This document shows positions 1 to 9,860 of a DNA stretch of 37,768 nucleotides, piece after piece. The notes under the pieces were generated by a model. That model did no database searches. It saw only the letters and a list, made by a program, of their open reading frames with translations, and was not told where the DNA came from. The translations under genes were made by a program, and so were the position numbers. The stretch covers positions 9,873,984 through 9,911,751 of the forward strand of contig NC_057757.1 of NCBI RefSeq assembly GCF_004010195.1, read 5' to 3'. Numbering within the stretch: position 1 is the first letter of the stretch; the number at the start of each line of letters is the position of its first letter. Source of the DNA: Chiloscyllium plagiosum (lineage: Eukaryota).

Positions 1-281
1 TGTCCCCATGACTTGTCCTACCTGCCTATCTTCTTTTCTACCTATCCACTCCACCCTCCGCCCTGACCTATCACCTTCATCCCCTCCCCCACTCACCTAT
101 TGTACTCTATGCTACTTTCTTATCTCTCCACGCTTCAGGCTCTCTGCCTTTATTCCTGATGAAGGGCTTTTGCCCGAAACGTCGATTTTACTGCTCCTCG
201 GATGCTGCCTGAGCTGCTGTGCTCTTCCAGCACCACTAATCCAGAATCTGGATCCAGCATCTGCAGTCATTGTTTTTACCT
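1..281 (+). mobile_element. Penelope-like element 3' end / pseudo-LTR fragment
   Basis: Pyrimidine-rich tract, then hammerhead motif, then GATGCTGCCTGA..CTGCTGTG..TCCAGCATCTGCAGTC. The same sequence (reverse-complemented) is attached to Penelope coding sequence at 13805-14670. Confidence 0.8.
156..183 (+). ncRNA. Minimal type I hammerhead ribozyme motif (Penelope-associated, family A)
   Basis: CTGATGA-A-GGGC(TTTT)GCCC-GAAAC-GTC: both catalytic core boxes, 4-bp helix II, palindromic ACGT helix III and a GUC triplet. Helix I is weak (TC/GA). Confidence 0.7.
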
Positions 282-282
282 A

Positions 283-570
283 GTCAGAATTTTTTTCCCA
301 GAGTTGAAATCTAGGGGGCATACATTTAAAGTAAGAGAGGGAAAGTTCAAATGCGATGTGAGGGGAGTGGTAGGAGGCTGAACCACACTGCCAGGAGTGG
401 TGGTGGTGGCAGATACGATAAGGGCGTTGAAGGAGCTTCTTGATAAGCACATGGATATGCAGGGAATGGAGGGATATGGACCAAGGGCAGGCAGAAAAAA
501 TTAGATCATTTTGGCATCATGTTTGGCACAACCTTATGGCTGAAGGGCCCATTTCTGTGCTGTACTGCTG
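283..570 (+). mobile_element. CR1 LINE 3' end fragment
   Basis: Degenerate RGHxFKVR-GKF ORF2 C-terminus followed by the 3'UTR motif GGCTGAAGGGCC..TTCTGTGCTGTAC. Confidence 0.75.
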
Positions 571-574
571 TACG

Positions 575-830
575 TTCTCATCGCATTTTACACACACTTA
601 TACCCTCCTCACACTCAAACTGTACTCACATTGACATCGTATTCACACTCATAGAAAGCTCGTACTGTAATCGCACCCATGCTTTGTTCAGTGTCCTCAT
701 ACTCACACTTACCCATACTACACTGAGTACTCACACCCTATTATGTCAGCAGCAATACGGTACCCATACTCACATCCACACTACACTCATGTTATACTGT
801 AGCTACACAATATGTGCACTGCATCCAGAC
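575..830. repeat. Degenerate CA-rich low-complexity tract
   Basis: Recurrent (c)actcacac units; overlapping ORFs are T/H/L-biased. Confidence 0.55.
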
Positions 831-1039
831 TGCCTCCTTCTTCCCCACATCTTTGTGCTCCTCTGAAAACAGCCAAAGATCCCATTTCCCTTGGTCTTGC
901 TAGTGACACGACATTAGTGAGCTTATATTCCAAATCGTCTCCTGGGGGATTGAGCAGGGGATGGGCAGTGAGTCAGGGAGAGAGCAGGGATTGAGGATGG
1001 AAACTGACTTGGAGGTAGGCTGGGGGGGGAGGCAAGGCA

Positions 1040-1812
1040 ATCTGGGGTGTGCAGTAGGTTGGCGATGGGTAGAGGCAGTATGTACTCTGGAGTGTACAGT
1101 CGGTTGGCGATGGGTAGGGGCAGTCTGTGGTGTGGGGTATGCAGCACTTTGGCAATGGGTAGGGACAGTCTGTGGTGTGGGATATGCAGGACATTGGTGA
1201 TGGTTAGGGGCAGTCCATGGTGTGGGGTATGCAGGACGTTGGTGATGGGTAGGGGCAGTCTGTGGTGTGGGGTATGTAGGACATTGCAATGGGTAGGGAC
1301 AGTCTGTGGTGTGGGGTATGTAGGACATTGCAATGGGTAGGGACAGTCTGTGGTGTGGGGTATGCAGGACGTTGGTGATGGGTAGGGGCAGTCTGTGGTG
1401 TGGGGTATGCAGGACGTTGGCAATGGGTAGGGGCAGTCTGTGGTCTGGAGTTTACAGTCGGTTGGTGATGGGTAGGGGCAGTCTGTGGTGTGGGGTATGC
1501 AGGACGTTGGCAATGGGTAGGGGCAGTCTGTGGTCTGGAGTTTACAGTCGGTTGTTGATGGGTAGGGGCAGTCTGTGGTGTGGGGTATGTAGGACGTTGG
1601 CAATGGGTACGGACAGTTTGTGGTGTGGGGTATGCAGGACATTGGCGATGGGTTGGGGCAGTCTGTGGTGTGGGGGCAGTCTGTGGTGTGGGGTATGCAG
1701 GATATTGGCAATGGGTAGGGACAGTCTGTGGTCTGGAGTGTACAGTTGGTTGGCAATGGGTAGGGGCAGTCTGTGGTGTGGGGTAAGCAGGACATTGACA
1801 ATGGATAGAGAC
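1040..1812. repeat. 45-bp G-rich minisatellite, about 16-17 copies, two unit variants
   Basis: Unit ATGGGTAGGGGCAGTCTGTGGTGTGGGGTATGCAGGACGTTGGCA starts at 1065, 1110, 1155, 1200, 1245, 1289, 1333, 1378, 1423, 1468, 1513, 1558, 1603, 1648, 1710 and ~1756. ORFs across it show 15-aa periodicity. Confidence 0.95.
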
Positions 1813-2354
1813 ATTAATCGAGTTTCGTGAAGATTCATTTATAGGCTCAGATCATGAGTAAAAGTGAAGCATAACATTGCAAGATGAAGGAATATGGAAT
1901 GTGTTGCCTTTCACTAGAAGAATTGATCTTCACATACCGGAAAGAATGGTTTGGTTGTTCCTGCAGGGAACGTGGGAACGAGGGGGATGTGAACTGGGAT
2001 ATCATGACCTCATTTGAATCCCGTGTCAGGCAGAGGCTGGAGGGGGGATGTCAAAGGCCATCACTGATGACTGTTAAGTGGATGTGAGCTGAAAGCATGA
2101 AATTTACTGCAGAATTGCTTTAATTCTGAGTGTGACGGTGATGTATGACAGGAGCTGTGCTGGGAATGCCGTGGTATTCTGCATTGGATTGTAAATGAAT
2201 TCCCAGGGAATTTGGGCATTGATGAAGCAATCTTTGAACAGTCTGACTGGCATCAATTCAGAAAATTATTTTCAAATAAACAGTTAACATTCTATTTATT
2301 TATTTAAGATTGTGTCACTTGTACCTCGGACCAGTGAGAAGTGAATAATGTCGC

Positions 2355-2790
2355 CATGTGAACTATAGGGAGGGGCTGAATAGTCTGGGGCTGTTTTCCC
2401 TGGAGCGTTGGATGCTGAGGGGTGACCTTAGGCAGGTTTATAAAATCATGAAGGACATGGATAGGGTGAATAGCCAAGGTCTTTTCCTCAGGGTAAGGAT
2501 GTCCAGAACTAGAAGGCGTAGATTTAAGGTGAGAGGGGAAAAACTTAAAAGGGACCTAAGGGGCAACCTTTTCATGCAGATGGTGGTGCCTCTATGGAAA
2601 CAACTGCCAGAGAAAGTGTTGGAGGCTGGTAGAATTATAACATTTAAAAGGCATCTGGATGGCAATATGAATAGAAAGGGTTTAGAGGGACATGGGCCAA
2701 ATGCTGGCAAATCGAACAAGATTAATTTGAGATATCTGGTTGACATAAACAAGTTGGACCGAAGGATCTGTTTCCATGCTGTACATCTCT
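2355..2790 (+). mobile_element. 5'-truncated CR1 LINE, ORF2 C-terminus and 3'UTR
   Basis: ORF 2358-2825 reads LGLFSLERWMLRGDLRQVYKIM...FKRHLD, the CR1 ORF2 C-terminal signature. Confidence 0.9.
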
Positions 2791-2839
2791 CTGGGGACTT
2801 CTTTCACTGGGGTGTAGGAAGTTGATTAGCAACCTTTTG

Positions 2840-2908
2840 AAAGTTTATAAAATAATGAGGCGTACAGATAGAGTTAATTGTTTTGTCCCCAGAATGGGGG
2901 ATTTCAAG
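2840..2908 (+). mobile_element. CR1 3' fragment, left part (continues at ~5535)
   Basis: Reads xVYKIMRRTDRV and is then interrupted by the tail of the minus-strand CR1. Confidence 0.65.
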
Positions 2909-5533
2909 TCAATAGAACATAGAACATAGAACAATACAGCTCAAAACAGGCCCTTCGGCCCTCGATGTAGTGCCGACCTGTGAACTATTCTCAGCTCCCC
3001 CCCTCCCCCACACTACCCCAAAATCATCCATGTGCTTATCTAAGGATTGTTTAAATCTCCCTAATGTGGCTGAGTTGACTACATTGGCAGGTAGGGCATT
3101 CCACACCCTACCACCCTCTGCGTAAAGAACTGCCTCTGACATCTGTCTTAAATCTATCACCACTCAATTTGTAGTTATGCCCCCTCGTACAAGCTGATGT
3201 CATCATCCTAGGAAAAAGTCTTTCACTGTCTACCCTATCTAATCCTCTGATCATCTAGTATGTCTCTATCAAATTCCCCCCTTAGCCTTCTTCTTTCCAA
3301 TGAGAACAGGCCCAAGTCTCTCAGCCTGTGCTGCTTTCTGTATTGGGGCGACCAGAACTGTACACAATATTCCAAGTGTGGCCGCACCAGCGTTTTGTAT
3401 AGTTGCAGCATGATATTGAGGCTCCGGAACTCAATCCCTCTACCAATGAAATCTAACACACCGTATGCCTTCTTAACAGCTATATCCACCTGGGTGGCAA
3501 CTTTCAGGGATCTATGTACATGAACTCCAAGATCCCTCTGCACATCCACACTACCAAGAATATTTCCATTGACCCAGTAGTCTGCCTTCCTGTTATCCTT
3601 CCCAAAATGCACCACCTCACATTTAGCTGCATTGAACTCTATTTGCCACATCTCAGCTCAATTCTGCAGTTTAGCCAAGTTTCCTGCAACCAGTAACATT
3701 CTTCCAAACTGTCCACTACTCCACCGACTTTAGTGTCATTTGCAAATTTACTAATCCATCCACGCATGATAGCTTCTACGTAATTTATAAAAATGACAAA
3801 CAGCAGTGGTCCCAAAACAGATCCTTGTGGCACACCACTAGTAACAGGACTCCAGGCTGAATATTTTCCATCAACCACCACTCGCTGCCTTCTTTCAGAA
3901 AGCCAGTTTCTAATCCAAACTACTAAGTCACCCTCAATTCCATGCCTCCGCATTTTCTCCATCAGCCTTCCATGTGGAACTTTATTAAAGGCTTTACTGA
4001 AGTCCATGTATACCACGTCAACTGCCCTACCCTCATCGACATGCTTGGTCACCTTTTCAAAAAACTCAATGAGGTTTGTGAGACACGACCTGCCCTTGAC
4101 AGAACCATGTTGACTATCTGAAATCAAATTGTTGTTTGCTAGATGATTATAAATCTTATCTCTCATAATCCTTTCCAAAACCTTTCCTACAACAGAAGTA
4201 AGGCTCACTGGTCATCTGGGTAATCTCTGCTGCCCTTCTTGAACAAGGGCACAACATTTGCAACCCTCCAGTCCTCAGGTACTAAACCAGTAGACAATGA
4301 CGACTCAAATATCAAAGCCAAAGGATCTGCTATCTCTTCCCTAGCTTCCCAGAGAATCCTCGGATAAATCCCATCTGGCCCAGGGGACTTGCCTACTTTC
4401 ACTCCTACAATTGATAACACCTGTTCGTAACAAGCCTCAATCCTTTCCAGTCTAATATCTTGTACCTCATTCTTCTCCTCTCCAATACCCTCCTTTTCCT
4501 GAGTGAACACCGATGAGAAATGTTCATTTAGCACCTCTTCGATCTCTACAGGGGCCACATTCAACTTCCCACTTCTGTCTTTGACTGGCCCTTTTATTCC
4601 TCACATACCTATAGAAAGCTTTAGGGTTCTCCTTTATTCTATTTGCTAAAGACTGCTCGTGTCGTCTCTTTGCTCTTCTTAACTCTCTCTTTAAGTCCTT
4701 CCTAGCTGATCTGTAACTCTCCATCGCCTCATCTGAACCATCTTGTCTCATCAACACACAAGCCTCCTTCTTCTTCGTAACAAGAGATGCAATTTCTGTA
4801 GTAAACCAAGGTTCCCTTACCTTATCACTTCCTCCCTGCCTGACAGGGACATACCTATCAAGAACACGCAATATCTGTTCCTTAAACCAGCTCCACATTT
4901 CGATTGTCTGCATCCCTTGCCTGCATTTTGCATCCTAATTCTTGCCTAATCGCATTATAATTGCCCTTATCCCATCGATAACTCTGTGGCATGTACCTAT
5001 CCCTTTCCATCGCTAAACTAAACGTAACTGAATTATGGTCACTCTCCCCAAAGTGCTAACCAACAACTAAATCAAACAGCTGGCCTGGTTCATTACCAAG
5101 CACCAGACCCAGTGTGGCCTCCCCTCTTGTCAGCCCTTTGACATTCTGGGTCAGGAAATCCTCCTGTACACATTGGACAAAAACTGACCCATCCGACCTA
5201 CTAGAGCTATAACATTTCCAGTCAATGCTGGGGAAGTTAAAGTCCCCCATAATGACCACCCTGTTCCTTTCACTCCCTCCCAGGATAATGTTGCTAATCC
5301 TCTTTTTCACCTCCCTGGAACTCTGCGGAGGCCTATAAATAACTCCCACTGACTTATATAGCAGGATGGAAATAAAAATAAGAAGTCCCTCCTTTCCCAG
5401 AAACCTCTGCTCTCTGACTTCAAATTTAAAAGCACAAATCAGTGACTCACCGCTCCCGGCAGGCCCCTGGTGCAAGCTCCCGCCCTTCGAGTTGCTGTTG
5501 CCACTGCCGCTGAAAAACAGAAAAAAGAAAAAA
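2909..5533 (-). mobile_element. Decayed CR1 LINE with putative 5'UTR, partial APE endonuclease, RT, 3'UTR and (ATGTTCT)n tail; internally deleted
   Basis: ORFs: VGVIYRPP..MGDFNFP (APE, 5056-5350); KSPGPDGIYPRIL, WRVANVVPLFKKG; SQHG..GRSCLTNLIEFF, DFSKAF, SGVPQGSVLGPLLF, FANDTK (RT); LYKTLVRPHLEYCVQFWSP. Tail (ATAGAAC)n at 2912-2932 on +. Frameshifts and stops throughout. Confidence 0.95.
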
Positions 5534-5534
5534 A

Positions 5535-5790
5535 GGGAGCACATTTTTAAGGTGAGAGGAGAGAGATTTAGGAAACACGTGAGGGCATTTTTTTAACACA
5601 GTGAATGGTTCGCATGTGGAATGAACCTCTTGAGGAAATGGTGGATACAACATTTAAGAGACATTTGGATAAGTACATAAATAGGGAAGGTTTGGCGAGA
5701 TATGAACCAGGAGCTGGGAGTTGGGGCTAGTTTAGTTTGGGATTATGTTTGACTGGACCAAAATGTCTGTTTCTGTGCTGTATGACTCCG
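5535..5790 (+). mobile_element. CR1 3' fragment, right part
   Basis: HIFKVRGERFRKHVR..FF and a 3'UTR ending TTTCTGTGCTGTATGACTC; collinear continuation of 2840-2908. Confidence 0.8.
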
Positions 5791-6439
5791 TGGCATTTTG
5801 GCACCATCCTGGATTACTGAAGAATTGTATAAATGGGAAAATATTGAATAATTTAAGATTACATTGAAATTGCTAAAACTGAAACAGTTTCATCTTTCCT
5901 CCTCCCGTAGACTTCACCATTCCTGCTCCAACATCATCCCAGGGGCCTGGGCAATGTGTTCGTTTCCAGCCACCACTGGCACTATCACTTGAGTGTTCAC
6001 CGTCTCTGAGCTGGAGGTGGTCAGGCTGCATGGGTCCCACACCTCCTTCGAAGTTCCCCAACACTGTATCAGGTGGTTGCTTCAGGTGGTTGCTCTGCCC
6101 TTCCTATGGGGACACAGTAACAATCCTCAGCAAATCGAAGAACTTACATCATCAACTTGCAGAAATACTGCGGGGTATTTCCCAAAAACCTCACAGTTGA
6201 AAACATTCCAAACATTCAGCTGCCCAAAAAGGAGGACACCTAGTCCTCCATACAATGATACTGGTGGGAATTAGGGCATTTCTAAATCCGGCAGTGTCTC
6301 CATCCATTCCACCTCTGTCCTGCGCTCTATGCTTCTAATCGAACCTGTATTTCACTGCCCAGTAGACTCAGACAGTTATTGGGTGTAGTCCTTTTTGAGG
6401 GCTCTCTCTCTCACATCGAGGTCACGTAATCCAACTGAA

Positions 6440-6870
6440 GAGAGACAGGATCAGTTTGGACTATATTCACTGGAATTTAGAAGAATGAGGAGGAATCCCA
6501 TAGAAACCTATAAAATTCTAACAGAACTAGACACAGGAAGGATGTTCCTGATGACCAGGGAATCCGGAACCCAAGGGATCACCATCTCAGGTTATGAAGT
6601 AGGCCTTTTCGGAATGAGATGAAGAGAAATGTCTTTGCCCAGAGAGTGGTGAGACTGTGGAATTCTCTGCCATGAAAGCAGTTGAAGTCAAAACTGAACA
6701 TTTTCAAGAAGGAGATAGATACAGTTCTTAGAGTTAAAGGGATCAAAGAGTATGGGGAGAAAAAGGGGACAAGGAACTGATTTGGATGATCAGCAGAGCT
6801 CATGTGGAATGGTGGAGTATGTTCGAAGGGCCAAATGGCCTATTCCTGCTCCTACTTTCCTTGTTTCTAA
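6440..6870 (+). mobile_element. CR1 LINE 3' end (different subfamily)
   Basis: GLYSLEFRRMRRNPIETYKIL; 3'UTR GAAGGGCCAAATGGCCTATTCCTGCTCCTA. Confidence 0.85.
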
Positions 6871-7479
6871 TAAGACAGCTTCTCGAGGTTCTGATTTTCA
6901 TCTTCAACTTCCCTTCACAACCATTTCCTGAAAAACAGCTTGCTAACCTGGGCTCCAGGTTAGATAGTTGAATTCTGATGTTCTCAATGTTGCACTGAAC
7001 ACTTCCCCTGAATACATCACATCACTGGCCTGAGCTTGCCTCTGATTGTCTCCCTAATCTCTTTAACAAGGTGAAAGTCAGCTGATCTCAGGTGGTTCGT
7101 TGCACAGCTATTGTCTTGATCTGACCCTAGGAGCTTCCCCAGCACCATCAATGGTCCTCCAACAGATCAAGTGTGTCATTTGTCAATCACTTTTCGTCTG
7201 TATGAGGGCTCACAGCAGCCAAATCACTAATCTGAGACTATCACCCTTTACAGCTTCTCTTTGAACCCAGTCTCAGAGTTTATTACATCGAAATCAATCC
7301 CTAATTGAAACTGAAGTCACATGGGATTGCTTTATTCACATTAGAGGTCCAATATACTCACAGTTATGTGTTCAACTCTCTAATCATTGTTCAGATCATT
7401 TTCAGGATGGGTTTGACCATGTGGACACCTGCCACTTTGATTGTACTTATATGGGTTTAATAACTGTGCTTGCAAATGC

Positions 7480-7880
7480 AATGTGTACATTACGCGAGTA
7501 TATGAATTTAGTAACATCTGTGAATGCATGTGTTTGCATTTGTGTGTGGGTGTGTTCATGTCTCTGTGAGTGTGAATGTGTGTGTGTGCATGTGAATATG
7601 CTTGTGTCTGTGTATATGTCTGTTCATGTGTCTGTGAGCGTGCATGTGTGCACGTGCATGTGCCAATGTGAATTGTGGGTGTGCATCCATGTGTATGCAT
7701 GTTTGTGTGCACAAATGTGTGCATGTGTGCACATGCATGTATGTATGAACATGTATGTGTGTGTGCATGTGTGTATGTAGTCGCACATGTGTTTGTGCCC
7801 TTGTTTACTTGTGTACATGCACAGTAAATATTTGTGTGCGCAATTGCTTGTGTTGTGAGGTTGAGTAGCATAATTGTGCA
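7480..7880. repeat. Degenerate (TG)n/TGCA-rich microsatellite
   Basis: Long imperfect TG alternation; overlapping ORFs are C/V/M- or H/T-rich. Confidence 0.9.
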
Positions 7881-7908
7881 CGGGAGCCAGGAAGTTAGGA
7901 TTTAGTGT

Positions 7909-8081
7909 CGAAGAGTGTGACATAAGGGGGCCCTTGGTCCACAAGCCTCATTCTGAAGAAGGGCTAATGCCCGAAACATTGATTTTCCTGCTCCTCGGAT
8001 GCTGCCTGACCTGCTGTGCTTTTCCAGCACCACTCTCAACTCTGATCTCCAGCATCTGCAGTCCTCGTTAGAATTTCTCCT
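7909..8081 (+). mobile_element. Penelope pseudo-LTR fragment with a decayed hammerhead motif and probable 16-bp TSD
   Basis: CTGAAGAAGGGCTAATGCCCGAAACATT (7953-7980) and downstream homology to 151-281. Flanks AGTTAGGATTTAGTGT (7893-7908) and AGTTAGAATTAAGTGT (8082-8097) are 14/16 identical. Confidence 0.8.
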
Positions 8082-8125
8082 AGTTAGAATTAAGTGTTTG
8101 TAAAATTATAAAATAGGGAAACCAT

Positions 8126-8400
8126 TGTGTGGTCCCTTTAAGAGATGTTGTTACTTTGGTGATTAGAGATTAAAATGGATGTCTGTGAGCAGCAGCTTGA
8201 GTTTGCCAGGACACAGAAAGAGTACGAACTAAAACATTTGCATCAAAATGCTGTACAGTGAGTAGGGCAAGCTACAGTTTTTACCAAGACAACAGTTTTG
8301 AATTTAGCCAATCAACTTGGACCAGGCACTTCGATGCCACAAACTTATTAAATTTAAATCTGATGGTTTTGACAACATAGGATCAATCTTATGTAAGAAA
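8126..8400 (+). mobile_element. Possible 5' half of an LTR-like repeat
   Basis: Begins TG..GTCCCTTTAAG and contains CCAAT. It resembles shark LTR-type repeats from recall only; not verified. Confidence 0.3.
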
Positions 8401-8659
8401 TCCTGCTCCTCACAGAACGAGTTAGGGAACTGGAACTGGAGTTGGATAAACTGAGGATTATTCGAGAGGCTGGGAACTGGAACTGGAGTTGGATGAACTG
8501 AGGACTATTCGAGAGGCTGAGAGGGTGATAGATAGATGCTACAGGGACATAGTTACGCCAGAGAACAGAGGTAGCTGGGTAACAGTTAGAGGTGGGAAGA
8601 GGAGGAAGCCCACAGTGCAGGGATCCCCTGTGGTCGTTCCCCTCAACAATAAGTACACC
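8401..8659 (+). mobile_element. CR1 ORF1 fragment with an internal 47-bp tandem duplication
   Basis: LLTERVRELELELDELRTIREAERVIDRCY..QGSPVVVPLNNKYT, homologous to the minus-strand ORF1 at 15612-16010 (QGSPVAGPLNNKCT). Duplicated unit at 8425-8471 / 8472-8518. Confidence 0.85.
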
Positions 8660-8813
8660 GTGGTTCTGTTCGCCGAGCTGGAAGTTTTTATTGCAAACGT
8701 TTCGTCCCCTGTCTAGGTGACATCCTCAGTGCTTGGGAGCCTCCTGTGAAGCGCTTCTGTGGTGTTTCCTCCGGCATTTATAGTGGCCTGTCCACCACGG
8801 CGAACAGAACCAC
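8660..8813 (-). mobile_element. Short Penelope-like terminal fragment (second family) bounded by a perfect 16-bp inverted repeat
   Basis: GTGGTTCTGTTCGCCG (8660-8675) and CGGCGAACAGAACCAC (8798-8813), with an internal hammerhead motif on the minus strand. Penelope assignment is inferred from the ribozyme and the inverted terminus. Confidence 0.6.
8693..8732 (-). ncRNA. Minimal type I hammerhead ribozyme motif (family B)
   Basis: Minus strand GCA-CTGAGGA-T-GTCACC(TAGACA)GGGGAC-GAAAC-GTT-TGC: helix I GCA/TGC, core boxes, helix II with one mismatch, ACGT palindrome and a GUU triplet. Confidence 0.65.
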
Positions 8814-9688
8814 AGCTAAATGTATTGTATACAGCAAATCACTTCATTGTACCTTTTTAAATTCTGTTGCTCTCTCATGCCATTTACATAACGGCCACTT
8901 GATACCTTCAAGATTATTGTCTGGCTTAGGAATGTCGTGCAGTTTTCTTTTCTTCTACAGAAGCTCTGACTTGAATGTTTCTTAAGACTTTGACAGAACT
9001 TCCTAACTTCAGAAAAAATGAATTATTTTTATTGTCGGTGTCAAAAAAGATGACATCCATACTCATTCAAAGGACATTTTTGAGCTAAATAGGCTCTTCG
9101 TGCACCAAAACTAATTTATTTCCTTTTTTATTTCCTTGCTGAATTTGTGAAAAATGAAAACTTGCAGATTTGGTGGAGTTCTGTGTGCGTGTGCAGCCAC
9201 TGTCCTTTCTGATCTGGCACTGAGCTTTAAGCTCCAAATGTTGTGTATATCTTTATACTGTGCACTGAATTAAAGTTTTTTTTCATAATAAGCAAGTTGC
9301 TCCAGTTGGTAATCTGAAAGTGTTGAAAATCCAGCAAGTCAGGCACTGCAAGGAATTCAGCTGCTTCAGTCTTGTGATCCTTTGTCAGAACCTGAATTTA
9401 TTTTTTAGTGCTATGAAAATGCCTATTTTGTCCATAGTGGATTTTTTCTTATAATTGCACAAATGAAATAGATGCGCGTTTGGGGGTGAGGGGTAATAAA
9501 GTTGGCAAAAGATTATCTTCATTGGTTTAAAAGAAAATGCTCTGTGTACACTTGTGTTGAATAATTGGGGAATGTAAAAATGTGGGAATAAATTCCTCAC
9601 CAGAATATCCTACTGGGGAAGGGTATGTTGGTTGGGATGGTATGTATAAATGAAACCATTTTGTAACTAATGTATGTCTGTTTCTAAG

Positions 9689-9776
9689 GGTTATGGTGGA
9701 TATGAGCAATCTGGTGCTTCTGGATATGGACAAAGCCAAAGTGGGTATGGTTCAAGTTATGGACAAGGACAGTCAG
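9689..9776 (+). CDS. TAF15: Internal coding exon of a FET-family (TAF15-like) RNA-binding protein, SYGQ-rich low-complexity N-terminal domain
   Basis: Branch-like CTAAT (9667-9671), acceptor tttctaAG| and donor CAG|GTATAC. The 88 nt read GYGGYEQSGASGYGQSQSGYGSSYGQGQS plus 1 nt. [G/S]Y[G/S]Q repeats are typical of FUS/EWSR1/TAF15. The exon ending SSYGQxQS|G resembles TAF15 as I recall it, so the paralogue assignment is less certain than the family. Confidence 0.75.
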
Positions 9777-9860
9777 GTATACTATGGTTTTTGTCTGAAT
9801 AGTAGCTTTCCCTGAATAAGGGCAGCTGTATCAATGTTAGTTGCATTTTCTATTTTACAG

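Noticed and set aside
1040..1812. CRISPR-like array
   Set aside because: Units are contiguous tandem copies with no unique spacers; the context is eukaryotic and there are no cas genes.
900..1838. Long Cys/Pro/Thr/His-rich ORFs (up to 292 aa) on both strands
   Set aside because: They are by-products of the 45-bp minisatellite: open in several frames, frameshifted by 44-bp units, with no splice or start context.
5911..6200. Acceptor-like cctcctcccgtAG followed by a ~96-codon open frame; also a 72-nt minus-strand exon-like segment near 6148-6220
   Set aside because: Neither translation resembles a protein family I recognise, and there is no linking exon evidence.
7380..7944. His/Thr- or Cys/Val-rich ORFs
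   Set aside because: Translations of a degenerate TG microsatellite.
8941..8990. Strong acceptor ttttcttttcttctacAG upstream of the FET exons, considered as a missing coding exon
   Set aside because: All three frames stop within 9 codons, there is no SYGQ content and no clear donor nearby.
9604..9645. Small exon candidate (YPTGEGYVGWDG) just before the first FET exon
   Set aside because: It would leave a ~49-nt intron and is phase-incompatible with the phase-0 start at 9689.
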